Source of the DNA: a bacterium
GTDB taxonomy: Bacteria; Sumerlaeota; Sumerlaeia; SLMS01; JAHLLQ01
Assembly (NCBI GenBank): GCA_020444065.1
Contig: JAHLLQ010000003.1
Coordinates: 132,979-196,978, forward strand
Reading direction: 5' to 3'
Length of the DNA: 64,000 bases
A model generated the notes under the pieces. That model had not been told where the DNA came from and searched no databases. It saw nothing but the letters and a program-made list of their open reading frames with translations. The position numbers and the translations under genes were made by a program. Within the stretch, counting starts at the first letter, position 1, and each line of letters opens with the position of its first letter. Of this stretch, positions 9,713 through 19,177 are shown one piece after another.

Positions 9713-9860
9713 TGTAGATCGACACATGGTCTGCAAATGCTCTGTCATCAGTCTAATAAAACGCTTGATGACCGAAAGGATTATCGCTATTTCTACAGAT
9801 GAAGTGAGCAGCCTTCAGCAGAATGAGTCTTGTACGGGGGACTCGCTGCAAGAGGGAGCG

Positions 9861-10964
9861 ATGATGATGAGACGAGCTATGTGCAACCGGATAATCGGGG
9901 GATTCGGGGGATGGGGAGCAGTACTGCTGATGCTGGCGCTGGTCGTGCCGGCAGCGGCTCAGCGTGCCGTGCTGAACGAGGTTGTGATCGATTCGGGCAG
10001 CGGTGAGGACTCGGAGTATGTCGAGCTCTTCACGATGCGGCCGAGCCAGGATCTAGGCGGTCTATCGATCATTACGATCTCGGCCCAGGGCGCGGACACG
10101 GGCAGGGTGCTGGGGCGCATGGATTTGCCCCGGGGCGCCCGAAGCAACAGCAACCAGCTCTTCCTGCTGGCGAACCAGCGCACGATCAACCTTTACGGGA
10201 TCACGCCGGACCTGACGTTCCAATCGACGGATTTCTCGTTCCCGGACCAGGCGCAGACGGTCCTGTTGGTCTCGACCGATAACGCGCCGCGGCCAGGGAC
10301 GGTTCTGCGCGGCACGGAGCAGTTCCTGATCTACGACGGCGTGGCGATCGTGCAGAACCCGGGCTTTGACCAGCCGATGTTCGGCGTGCCGGCGATCGGA
10401 CCCGACGGGACTCGGGTTCCGGCAGGCGTGTATCGCATTCTGGACGGGCGCGACAAGAATCTGCCGTCGGACTTCTATATGAGTTCGCCGTCCGGCCCGG
10501 GCAATCCGGAAAACACGCCGGGCGTGCTGAATGCGAGTGGGTACACATTCCCCGCGGCGCGGCCCCAGCCGACTCCGGTAGTGGGCACGGCCCGGGGAGC
10601 CCAGTCGACGGGCATCGCATGGGATCGTGATCCGAAGTTCACGTTCCAGCGCAGCCTGCGCGCGCGGCAGGGGTTCGTGATTCTGTTCTCCGCGACGAAC
10701 AACATGGACGCGACGCGCCTGTTCCAGGAACTGAACACGAGCCAGGACTTCGCCAAGTCGGTGCGGGACAATAAGGTGAACCTGACGTACGTGGACCTGG
10801 CGCATGACGCGCAGGGCTCGGAGTGGGCGCGCAAGTGCAAGGTGTTCCGCGTGCCGACGATGGTGGCGTACGATTCGAGCGGGAACGAGGTGAACCGGAT
10901 CGTGTTCGATGTGACGCGTTCGGCGTCGCCGCAAGCGGTGGATTTCTTATCGACGACCTACTGA
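9861..10964 (+). CDS. Secreted protein with a lamin-tail-domain (LTD)-like N-terminal domain and a thioredoxin-like C-terminal region.
   Basis: Signal peptide after the ATG at 9861. 'VLNEVVIDSGSGEDSEYVELF' is LTD-like. The ORF-track start at 9459 overlaps xis in another frame and is rejected. Confidence 0.55.
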   Translation: MMMRRAMCNRIIGGFGGWGAVLLMLALVVPAAAQRAVLNEVVIDSGSGEDSEYVELFTMRPSQDLGGLSIITISAQGADTGRVLGRMDLPRGARSNSNQLFLLANQRTINLYGITPDLTFQSTDFSFPDQAQTVLLVSTDNAPRPGTVLRGTEQFLIYDGVAIVQNPGFDQPMFGVPAIGPDGTRVPAGVYRILDGRDKNLPSDFYMSSPSGPGNPENTPGVLNASGYTFPAARPQPTPVVGTARGAQSTGIAWDRDPKFTFQRSLRARQGFVILFSATNNMDATRLFQELNTSQDFAKSVRDNKVNLTYVDLAHDAQGSEWARKCKVFRVPTMVAYDSSGNEVNRIVFDVTRSASPQAVDFLSTTY

Positions 10965-11043
10965 CAGATTTCTCATAGCGTCCCCCCGTACTGCCGTCCC
11001 CGCCGTCCCCCCGATCGGCGGGGATGGCGCATGTGGGGGTATT

Positions 11044-11190
11044 GTTGCACGCCTACAGCGTGCGGACCTTTGGGCTTCGGTACCCAGGGCGGGGCTCGCC
11101 GGGCGCTCGATTGCCCTGGGCTGTCGGATGTGGAATCCCGTTGGGATTCTTGCTGGGTTGGCCTGGCTTCGCCTGATGATATTCAATTGG
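11044..11190 (+). repeat. Copy 1 of a ~140-bp GC-rich structured direct repeat with three hairpins.
   Basis: About 85% identical to 12350-12482. It contains the palindromes GCACGCC...GGCGTGC, ACCCAGGGC...GCCCTGGG and GGAATCCC..GGGATTCC. Confidence 0.7.
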
Positions 11191-11821
11191 TAGCGCGGCG
11201 GCTGTGCAAGTACGCGATGCCGCGGGCGGTGATCTCGGCCATCATGAGAGCCCAGATCCAGGGGAGTTCGATGATCTGGATCGCCATCGGATGGACGAGG
11301 AGGATCACGGCCGTTTCCGTGCAGAGGCCGAATCCGATGAGCGCCGGAAACAGCCAGTGGCGGGACGGCTGAAGGTATTCCATCCCAACGTAGGAGATCC
11401 AGATGCCGGCGCCGAGACCGAAGTAGAGGAGCAGTCCGGGAGAGTGGGGGAGGAAGGATCTGGCCGGCGTCGGTGTGCAACAAGTCACGAGCAGAAGAAC
11501 GAAGGCCACCATGGATGGCGCCGGAAGTCTCCGCATCAGTCTTCTGCGTGCGATTGCCACGGCCACGGCATTCCCCCGGACTTCTCTTGCCGATCTCTTC
11601 AGGGCGTCCCTGTGCGAAATCCTCCCGGCTGCAATGAACAGGAGGAATACGGCGGAGGGGCAGATGGCAAGCCAGCGGATGGCCAGTGTGGCATCTGGCC
11701 TCTCTTTCATCCAGTCCGCGTTGCTCTCGTAATAGGTGATCAGGTGGTAGCAGTCGAAGAATGCGATGCCGGCCAGGGTGAGACAGAGCAGGAGCCAAGT
11801 TGATTTCAGTGTTTTTTCCAT
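11183..11821 (-). CDS. Polytopic membrane protein (hypothetical), lower GC.
   Basis: 212 aa with several hydrophobic helices. It lies between the two ~140-bp repeats. Confidence 0.5.
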   Translation of the reverse strand: MEKTLKSTWLLLCLTLAGIAFFDCYHLITYYESNADWMKERPDATLAIRWLAICPSAVFLLFIAAGRISHRDALKRSAREVRGNAVAVAIARRRLMRRLPAPSMVAFVLLLVTCCTPTPARSFLPHSPGLLLYFGLGAGIWISYVGMEYLQPSRHWLFPALIGFGLCTETAVILLVHPMAIQIIELPWIWALMMAEITARGIAYLHSRRATN

Positions 11822-11845
11822 CTCTGTCTCCTTTCAGCCCAGCGG

Positions 11846-12343
11846 CTAGCTCGTCAGGTGAACCATGTAGGTGGATTGTTCCGTTTTTCTGACCGTGGAG
11901 TGGTAGCCGATGGAGCCGCCTTCGCTCGGGCAGTAGATCGTCGTGCGGATGTGAAAGCGCGACTCGTTCTCCGTAGAGAGGATACAGACGGAATGGTAGT
12001 ACGAGAGCTGGGGGTGTTCTTGGATGTATTCGTCCATCTCGGCTTTGTCGTTGCGAATGTGGTCGGCCAGGATAAGGGCGACTTCAGCGAGGGTGGTCGC
12101 TTCGATGACTTCGTCCTCTGGCAAGGTGAGAGAGACGTCCTCCGTCGGAATTGGGCCGGATTCCCATGCGCGCAGGAGATGGAGAAGATCGTTCTCCGAG
12201 ATTTCGCTGCCCGGCGGCCAACTGGATGGCGGGGGAACGTGGGGATGGGCGATCGGCTTCTGCTTCTTCGTCATCAAGAGTTCCCTTTTCCGGAGGTTTG
12301 CTGCGGGTCCGTTGCGGGTCAAGCTGGAGGGGTCGGCGGGCAC
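11846..12343 (-). CDS. Hypothetical protein, lower GC. The actual start is possibly at MTKKQKP.
   Basis: ORF co-oriented with, and 25 nt upstream of, the membrane protein gene. No family recognised. Confidence 0.4.
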   Translation of the reverse strand: MPADPSSLTRNGPAANLRKRELLMTKKQKPIAHPHVPPPSSWPPGSEISENDLLHLLRAWESGPIPTEDVSLTLPEDEVIEATTLAEVALILADHIRNDKAEMDEYIQEHPQLSYYHSVCILSTENESRFHIRTTIYCPSEGGSIGYHSTVRKTEQSTYMVHLTS

Positions 12344-12349
12344 GATGGT

Positions 12350-12482
12350 GTTGCACGCTTACAGCGTGCGGGGTTCGTGGCGTTGGTACCCAGGGCGGCG
12401 CTCGCCCGGGGGCTCGCTTGCCCTGGGCTGTCGGGTGTGGAATCCCGTTGGGATTCCAATTGGAATGGCAGCATTCAATTGG
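12350..12482 (+). repeat. Copy 2 of the ~140-bp structured direct repeat.
   Basis: Aligns with 11044-11190 from 'GTTGCACGCYTACAGCGTGCGG' through 'ATTCAATTGG'. Confidence 0.7.
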
Positions 12483-12661
12483 CGATTTGACCTCTCTCGG
12501 GGGCTGTAGTTTGGAGGCCGGATGGCAGGGCGTGACGGGCGGGGTGACAGGGAGTGACAGGTTGTTTCTCCCAACTTCTTTTGGGTGTGAACAAAACACT
12601 TGCGCCTTTTCCCGGGTATTAGCGAGGACTGGAGATAAGCCCAAATCTAAGGAGGCGCCTC

Positions 12662-13138
12662 ATGCGCAAACTCTTGCTTGCACTGGTAGTGGTATGTGCT
12701 CCCCTTCTCACCGGATGTCTTGGCATGACCCCCATGCCGATGTCCCAGTATACCAATGACAAAGGCCTGGATAACGAGCACGTCACTCGGACTCTGGATC
12801 CTGTCAATGCCGAGTACAAAATCCTCGGCGCCGTCGAAGCGACGGGAAATTCGCGCGTTATTTGCGGTTTCGTGTTTGCTGAAGGCTCGGAAGGCTACGG
12901 CCTGCTGATGCGCAATGCCCGCGATCAGTACGATCCGGACACGACGACGATTCTGTTCCCGATGATGGACTACGAGTACTCCGGTATTCTGTACCCGATC
13001 TGGGGCACGATGAAGACGAACTACTACGGCACGGCTGTGAAGGCGACCGACATCGAGCAGATGGGTGCGGACGTCGCGGTGGACGAGGACGTCTATCCGG
13101 ACTCGGGCGGCCTGCTTGGTGGCTTGCTTCCGTTCTGA
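12662..13138 (+). CDS. Lipoprotein (hypothetical).
   Basis: Signal peptide with lipobox 'LLTGC'. A GGAGG RBS is upstream. Confidence 0.6.
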   Translation: MRKLLLALVVVCAPLLTGCLGMTPMPMSQYTNDKGLDNEHVTRTLDPVNAEYKILGAVEATGNSRVICGFVFAEGSEGYGLLMRNARDQYDPDTTTILFPMMDYEYSGILYPIWGTMKTNYYGTAVKATDIEQMGADVAVDEDVYPDSGGLLGGLLPF

Positions 13139-13166
13139 TGAACGCGACGAGCGGATGAAGTTGAAG

Positions 13167-13200
13167 AACCCGGCGGGTCGACCGCCGGGTTCTTTGTGTG
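13167..13200. terminator. Intrinsic terminator hairpin between convergent genes.
   Basis: AACCCGGCGG-GTCGA-CCGCCGGGTT followed by CTTTGTG. Confidence 0.55.
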
Positions 13201-13249
13201 CTGGGGGATGGAGTTCTTTGGAGACAATCAGCCTTTGGCGGATCCGCCA

Positions 13250-15112
13250 TCATAAGCGGGATTCGGGCCGGCAATGATTTCCTGTGCTGCAGTACCCGCA
13301 GGTCGAACGATCCTTGAAGTACACGACTTCAGGCACATGGCAGAAGTAGTAATATTTGATCTGTGGATGGAAGACAGCTCCCTGTGAACCGAGCCTGAAC
13401 CACGAGCACCAGATTACATTCTCATATGGTAGTTGTTCGCTCCCGTTCCATCCAAGTGAATCCCTAAGGATTTGCATCGCGGTTCTTCCCTCAGAGATGA
13501 TGTCGTCCACGAAGAGTATGCTCCCCTTTCCAGAAGGAATGACCGGGGCGACTTCCAGTCTAATGTGGCGATGTCCTTTCTCATAGAAAGTGAATGTGGC
13601 TGCCGCTTCCATTTCAAGCGCTAAGTGCGCTGCAAACGGAATCGTACTCGTTCCGACTCCCACCACGCAATCGACCTTCAATGGCCTTACCGTATCAACG
13701 ACGACTCTGCGCATTTCAGAGAGAAGAGAGAGCTGGGAGATCAGGGAGCGGCATTTCAATAGGATATTCGTGTGTGCTCCCGTCTCCAATACTACTCGGG
13801 CAAATATGCGGTTTGACTGGTACCAATCCCTGAGCGCGCTTTCAATATCCGGGGCATCCAACCTGAAATCGCCATTCGAAGGCTCTGGCAGCAAAATCTC
13901 GGCAGTCGTACTAGCATTCTCCAGCAACTGACATCCTACAAAACCGCCTGCCTCCTCGCCTGCACCATCGTCGCAGCTACCATTCAGAGGTGGAAGGGAG
14001 TGCATTGGATCTGCTTGTTCTTTCGAATCCCCGGCGCTCATTGTCTGCACCGATTGTGTCCACCTGTCGATTGTCTCCGCGATTACTTCCTCCGATAACA
14101 TCACCTCCTGAGCCGCTGTAGGAAAGCGCTTAGAAACAGTGGCGTCGACACGATTCTTCGGTTCGCCAGCCTTCTCGAACATCGCATTGATTTTTCGAAT
14201 TTCGCTTTCGATCTTGCTAATCCTGAACTCGCTCAAGAAGCGCTCTGCGCTCTCCTTAAGGGCTCCACTTGATTCTAATGGATATACCGGTCGAAGTTGG
14301 ATCTCAGCAGCCCTCTCTGATCCCGTGACTATTATCTCTTTCACGAGTGCGCATGAAAGCCAGTGTGTTTGTGATTCAGGCGGGACGTCAGAGCTACTGA
14401 AGCGCTCTAGCTTGGAAAGTCTCAGTTGGGATCCATCGAGTTCATCTGCCAGCCTGAGCAGTCCTGCAAGCAGGCGTGGGCGAAAAAGATCCTCGCGGAA
14501 TTTCGTCATTGTGAACTTCGGAGACCCGGAGCTGTGGCACTCATCCCACAAGCGTCCATTTGAGTGTGCAAAGGCAATCAGGTGGCATTTGTGTAAGAAA
14601 TCTCGCGATCTTGGATCGGCGAGGCAGGGCGGGGGTATTGCCTTGGGCCATATGCCATCATCTTTCACGGCTTCTTGAATCAATCTGCGGCCAATCTCCA
14701 CATGACTCTTGCGCACCTGATCGGGCGTAAGATCACCCAAGTCCTCGTAGAGAGTCTCCCTAAGGCTCTTCTTTGCGGGAGCCTCCTGGGCAGAGATCAG
14801 ACGATATTGCATCCCAATGTCGTGGATCGCGGACGCCACAGCGAGAGCTACTAATTCAGGAATGGACAGCGGGGGCACCTTGTGCGCGTAGCCATTCTCG
14901 AATAGCTGTTGGCAGTATCCACAAATACGAAGCGAGTGCTCGAGAGTGTGGTCGGTATAGAACGTGTCTTCAATCCTCTCCCATATCGAATGGGCGGTGA
15001 CAATAGCAAGTCGGAGACTACCCTTCATGTCGAAGTCGGGATAAGATCTCAAATCAGAAACGCCCAGTCTCTCCAGGAAGCGCCCGACTTCCCTATCCGG
15101 ATCGATAGACAT
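13250..15112 (-). CDS. HD-domain phosphohydrolase fused to a type I phosphoribosyltransferase domain, with a C-terminal Cys cluster.
   Basis: N-terminal HD motifs (H..H, 'AIHDIGM', 'LADELD'). C-terminal PRPP-binding loop 'ILFVDDIISEGRTA'. Terminal 'CHVPEVVYFKDRSTCGYCSTGNHC'. Low GC. An AGGAG RBS is present. Confidence 0.7.
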   Translation of the reverse strand: MSIDPDREVGRFLERLGVSDLRSYPDFDMKGSLRLAIVTAHSIWERIEDTFYTDHTLEHSLRICGYCQQLFENGYAHKVPPLSIPELVALAVASAIHDIGMQYRLISAQEAPAKKSLRETLYEDLGDLTPDQVRKSHVEIGRRLIQEAVKDDGIWPKAIPPPCLADPRSRDFLHKCHLIAFAHSNGRLWDECHSSGSPKFTMTKFREDLFRPRLLAGLLRLADELDGSQLRLSKLERFSSSDVPPESQTHWLSCALVKEIIVTGSERAAEIQLRPVYPLESSGALKESAERFLSEFRISKIESEIRKINAMFEKAGEPKNRVDATVSKRFPTAAQEVMLSEEVIAETIDRWTQSVQTMSAGDSKEQADPMHSLPPLNGSCDDGAGEEAGGFVGCQLLENASTTAEILLPEPSNGDFRLDAPDIESALRDWYQSNRIFARVVLETGAHTNILLKCRSLISQLSLLSEMRRVVVDTVRPLKVDCVVGVGTSTIPFAAHLALEMEAAATFTFYEKGHRHIRLEVAPVIPSGKGSILFVDDIISEGRTAMQILRDSLGWNGSEQLPYENVIWCSWFRLGSQGAVFHPQIKYYYFCHVPEVVYFKDRSTCGYCSTGNHCRPESRL

Positions 15113-16160
15113 ATCGAATCTCCTCTCGGGGTGTGCAGAGCGAGAAGATGCTCTCTGGACTAACTAGAAAAGGACGACCAATCGAGAGATTGAAGCAGCA
15201 TATTACTTGGCACACTTCTGTGTCGATAGCATTCAGTACCATTAGGGCCTTGTCTATTTCTGCCCCTGTAGCCATGACTTCCGCAAGAAGTGCGGCTCTG
15301 GCACCGGATAGGACTGTATTTCTGGCGGCAGAGATTCGCTTCGCGGGAATTGGCCCAACCTTATCGATAACACAGAGCTGAATCCCAGTGATGGCCTGTA
15401 CAGCGGCGGCGACAAAGAGAGAGGATTGATTCGCCACGACCAGCGTATCCACATCACGTGTATGGCTAATCGTGTCATCGCAGTATCCACCCAAGAGCCG
15501 GTAGGTGACTTCATAGGCACAATCAAGGAGATCCTGGGGACGGGTAAGCATATGCTTTATGGAGAGGTAGCATGACGTGTACATGCCATTATCCATCTGT
15601 AAGAATGGCTTTCCCTCAATCTCTGTCTTTACGAAGAAACCATTCGATTCCGTGGGCAAAATGATGCCTCCGGCACTGAGGTACTTCCTGAACAATCGAT
15701 CCGACCAGAACTGTCGAAATTCGAGAAGGGTCGAAAATGGGAACCGCGTCTGAAGGTCAACAAGCAACTTGGAATTGTGGCCGGCGAACCTCTCGACCAA
15801 GTTGCCTTCACGATCGAAGCTTATAAATGGAATATGGACGTGTGACCATTCTTCTCTGAGGGCCTTCTCGAGTTTCGACTCGCCCCTCACGAGTGCGAAT
15901 CCATCACTGGATGAAAGCGGAGATGCCATTAGCTCCAAGAAGGCACTCACTCGATCGGGCGCAATAGAAAGGGCACTGAAAGGCGTGAAATCTATGACTG
16001 CGGGAGATTCGTGCGGAAGAATTGCTTCAAGCGCGAGTCGCAAGTCTCTTTCGTGTTGAAGAGTTCCATAATCGTAATCCCGCAAGCGCGCGAGTGGATT
16101 AAACTGGCCTGAGCGCAGCTCACGGGCAATCGCCAATTTCAAAGGGTCAACAACTTTCAC
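15093..16160 (-). CDS. PRTase-like protein with a degenerate PRPP loop (possibly non-catalytic).
   Basis: C-terminal 'TLVVANQSSLFVAAAVQAITG...ALLAEVMATGAEI' mirrors a PRTase core, but 'AE' replaces the acidic 'DD'. GTG start abuts the upstream gene's stop (TAAAGTG). It overlaps the downstream gene by 20 nt. Confidence 0.55.
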   Translation of the reverse strand: MKVVDPLKLAIARELRSGQFNPLARLRDYDYGTLQHERDLRLALEAILPHESPAVIDFTPFSALSIAPDRVSAFLELMASPLSSSDGFALVRGESKLEKALREEWSHVHIPFISFDREGNLVERFAGHNSKLLVDLQTRFPFSTLLEFRQFWSDRLFRKYLSAGGIILPTESNGFFVKTEIEGKPFLQMDNGMYTSCYLSIKHMLTRPQDLLDCAYEVTYRLLGGYCDDTISHTRDVDTLVVANQSSLFVAAAVQAITGIQLCVIDKVGPIPAKRISAARNTVLSGARAALLAEVMATGAEIDKALMVLNAIDTEVCQVICCFNLSIGRPFLVSPESIFSLCTPREEIRYVYRSG

Positions 16161-16161
16161 T

Positions 16162-17445
16162 TTATTGTACCCGTTTCCTCAATCTAAACTCTATCATTAT
16201 CTGACATCCGAAAGAGGCGGGAAGTGTCGTGAATTTCGAACTCCTGCGCACGAATTCAAGTGCTCTCTTCCATAGGTTGAGAAAGCATGCATGACCTTCT
16301 TCTTGAAGCATCCCTGGAGAAGCCTCGACTTCCCTTTGAATCAGCTCTCGATGCTCCCGAAAGTAGTCCAAGTCTTTTGCCTCTCGAAATTCGAATGTCA
16401 GGCATCCTTCATTGCTTATCATCGTGAAACAAGCTTGGTCAAAGGCCGAATCGGCATCGAGGCTGGACAGGTATTTTAGTATCGAGATTAAGCCGTGCTT
16501 CTTGCGCTCGATATGAAGCAACCGAAGGGCGCAGGCAGCTTCCAGTGTAGCCCGTGAGTTGGTGGGAGATATACTAAGTGCATTCAATAGATTGCCTGAG
16601 GTGTGACCCAGTTCCCGCTTCATGACCTCAACAAGGTTGTCGTGTACTCCATCCCCCGGATCGCAGCATATCATTCTTACCCGAGCTGGATTGCTGAAGG
16701 CGGGCTGATGTTCGACGACCGGATACGCGGTCCTTGCATACTTGATAGAGTTTGATATTAGCTCGACGCAAGAATCCGCAAAAAGCCGGTGTTCATCCTC
16801 GATTGCCAGGATCCTCTCCAGATCCTCAGTCTGGGCACTCTCTGGTTGCTCGAGGAAGAGGCGGAAGTAATCATGGACCCATTTGCGATAGGGCTCCGTC
16901 GCCGAATTCATAATGTCCCCGACGGTGGTTGAAAGTCCTGTCATTAGCTCGAAGAACCCCGCAGGCTCTCGCTCCACGACCCTTGTTAGCCGGATTAGAG
17001 AATTTCGGCTATCAAGATTCTGGGCTTGATCCGGACGCAAGTCAGACGTCTTCCAGAAGTCGCCAAGTTGCGTGAACTTGGCGTTCTCCTCCGACTCCCA
17101 GTAAATCAGCTCACCTCCAGCCCTTTGCCAGAGTGAGGGGAATCCGGTAAACCACACGAGCCTGCTGGGGAATGAGCCTGCCTTTGGGAGTTCGACCTCG
17201 GTTGGCCCAAGGCTCTTCCTGTATCTCCATTCGCAACCGGCAACTAACCATGCTAAACCGGATACCTCGAGCCGCTGGAAGTCGTCCAGCTTGACGCGAC
17301 AGACACCAGATGACATCAAGATATGGATCCCGTCGTGCGGCGGCTTGACGAAGTAGTCCCAGTCGAGTGTTTTCACTTTTCGATCTCCATGGGATATTAA
17401 TGAACATACGCGATGCACAGGCCTCTGGTGCAAGTGAAAACACAA
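16162..17445 (-). CDS. Hypothetical protein, first gene of the low-GC three-gene island. The C-terminal half is possibly HEAT/ARM-like.
   Basis: 427-aa ORF. TTG start in the track; an internal ATG alternative is near 17316. No family recognised. Confidence 0.5.
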   Translation of the reverse strand: MCFHLHQRPVHRVCSLISHGDRKVKTLDWDYFVKPPHDGIHILMSSGVCRVKLDDFQRLEVSGLAWLVAGCEWRYRKSLGPTEVELPKAGSFPSRLVWFTGFPSLWQRAGGELIYWESEENAKFTQLGDFWKTSDLRPDQAQNLDSRNSLIRLTRVVEREPAGFFELMTGLSTTVGDIMNSATEPYRKWVHDYFRLFLEQPESAQTEDLERILAIEDEHRLFADSCVELISNSIKYARTAYPVVEHQPAFSNPARVRMICCDPGDGVHDNLVEVMKRELGHTSGNLLNALSISPTNSRATLEAACALRLLHIERKKHGLISILKYLSSLDADSAFDQACFTMISNEGCLTFEFREAKDLDYFREHRELIQREVEASPGMLQEEGHACFLNLWKRALEFVRRSSKFTTLPASFGCQIMIEFRLRKRVQ

Positions 17446-17618
17446 GTGGTAGAAGTTCTAGGGGCTTGCCGGAACCCAAATGGGCATAGTGGCATTGGGG
17501 ACTGAAGGGGGAGTGAGTGTCGGCACGAGCTTGCCTGCCAATATCCTCCTGCGGGTGGTTGGCTTGGATGTTGCCTCGGCGGTGGAGGCAGTTGGATTCT
17601 GACCCTGGGGGTCTGGAT

Positions 17619-18812
17619 ATGAAGATCGGTATTGTGTGTTATCCGACGTACGGCGGGTCCGGCGTGGTGGCGACGGAGTTGGGGCGGTTTCTGGCGCTGC
17701 GCGGGCACGAGGTGCATTTTATTTCGGCCTCGCTGCCGTTCCGGCTGGCTCAGTCGACGGATGACAACATTCATTTCCACGAGGTGCAGTCGATCACTTA
17801 TCCGGTGCTGCAGGGCGAGCTGTATGGCGTGACGCAGGCTTCGAAAATCGTGCAGGTGGTGGAGGAGTTCGGGTTGGACGTGGTGCATGTGCATTACGCG
17901 GTGCCGCATGCGATTTCGGCGTTTATGGCGCGCGAGGTTCTGGGGCGCGAGGATCATCCGTTCAAGGTGGTGACGACGCTGCACGGGACGGACATTACGC
18001 TGGTGGGACGCGCGCCGTCGTTCTTTCCGATTGTGCGTTATGCGATCGATTACTCGGACGCGGTGACGACGGTGTCGGAGTGGTTGCGGCGCGAGACGAT
18101 CGATGAATTTGCGATCAAGCGGCCGATCGAAGTGATTCCGAACTTCGTGGATGTGAAGACTTTCCGGCGCGGTCTGCAGCCGTGCAAACGGAAGCACTAT
18201 GCGCCGAATGGCGAGAAGATCGTGATGCACACGTCGAACTTCCGTCCGGTGAAGCGCGTTCAGGATGTGATCAAGACGTTTGCGAAGTTGCGCAAGGAGG
18301 TGCCCGCGGTCTTGTTAATGATCGGCGATGGGCCAGACCGCGACATGGCGCATTCGCTGGCGCGGGATCTTGGGGTGGATCGCCACACACACTTCCTGGG
18401 CAAGCAGGAAAACATCGAGCTGTTCATGTCGTGCGCGGATCTTTTTCTGTTCCCCAGCGAGTATGAGTCTTTCGGCCTGGCGGCGCTGGAAGCGATGGCG
18501 TGCGAAATCCCGGTGGTGGCGTCGGACGCGGGCGGTCTGAAGGAAGTGATCGTGCACGGAGAGACGGGTTTCCGTGCTCCGGTGGGGGATGTGGATGCGA
18601 TGGCAGGTTACGGCATTCAGGTGCTGAAGGATCAATCGCTGGCGAACTCGATCGGTTGGGCGGCGCGCGATGCGGTACACAAGAATTTCCTGCCGGAGAT
18701 CATCGTGCCGCAGTACGAGGCGTTGTATGCGCGGGTGATGAATGGCTCATGGCCGGTGCGGCCGGCGCCGGAATCGCGCGATGAAGTGTTCCGTCACGCG
18801 GAGGGGATTTGA
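17619..18812 (+). CDS. bshA: GT4 glycosyltransferase, BshA/MshA-like (N-acetyl-alpha-D-glucosaminyl L-malate synthase family).
   Basis: 'MKIGIVCYPTYGGSGVVATELGRFLALRGHEVHFIS' is a near-signature N-terminus for BshA. A C-terminal GT-B EX7E region is present. Confidence 0.75.
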   Translation: MKIGIVCYPTYGGSGVVATELGRFLALRGHEVHFISASLPFRLAQSTDDNIHFHEVQSITYPVLQGELYGVTQASKIVQVVEEFGLDVVHVHYAVPHAISAFMAREVLGREDHPFKVVTTLHGTDITLVGRAPSFFPIVRYAIDYSDAVTTVSEWLRRETIDEFAIKRPIEVIPNFVDVKTFRRGLQPCKRKHYAPNGEKIVMHTSNFRPVKRVQDVIKTFAKLRKEVPAVLLMIGDGPDRDMAHSLARDLGVDRHTHFLGKQENIELFMSCADLFLFPSEYESFGLAALEAMACEIPVVASDAGGLKEVIVHGETGFRAPVGDVDAMAGYGIQVLKDQSLANSIGWAARDAVHKNFLPEIIVPQYEALYARVMNGSWPVRPAPESRDEVFRHAEGI

Positions 18813-19177
18813 GGGACGGCCTTGTCGCGTACTCGTACTCAGCGAAGCGGTACTCGAACTCGTACTCGGAGTTGTTTCATGCTGCTGCTTGCGGGCGCCG
18901 AAGTTCGAGAACGATTACGAGCACGAACCCGGAATGGGTCGCGTCGGAAAAGGACAGTCAATTGAGGTGACTTGGCCATCCTTGGCCAAGCGTCCGGGGC
19001 GCGAGCAGGTTCCGTACGGTTCACGACCTTTCTCCACATTCATACGCGAAGCTTGGTTGGCTCGCTCTTGGGCAGAGATGCCCAAGTCACCTCGATGTGA
19101 TCGCTGGCGAGATGCGGCACTGGTTTCGTTGGGGCGTGCGGGTGTACTTGCCGGTTGGAAGCCAGCGGTCCCGGATA

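Noticed and set aside
9299-9860. Long N-terminal extensions of the xis ORF (from 9299) and of the LTD protein ORF (from 9459).
   Set aside because: The extensions overlap each other in different frames and lack RBSs. The conserved HTH starts at the ATG at 9476 (GGAGGG RBS), and the signal peptide of the LTD protein starts at 9861.
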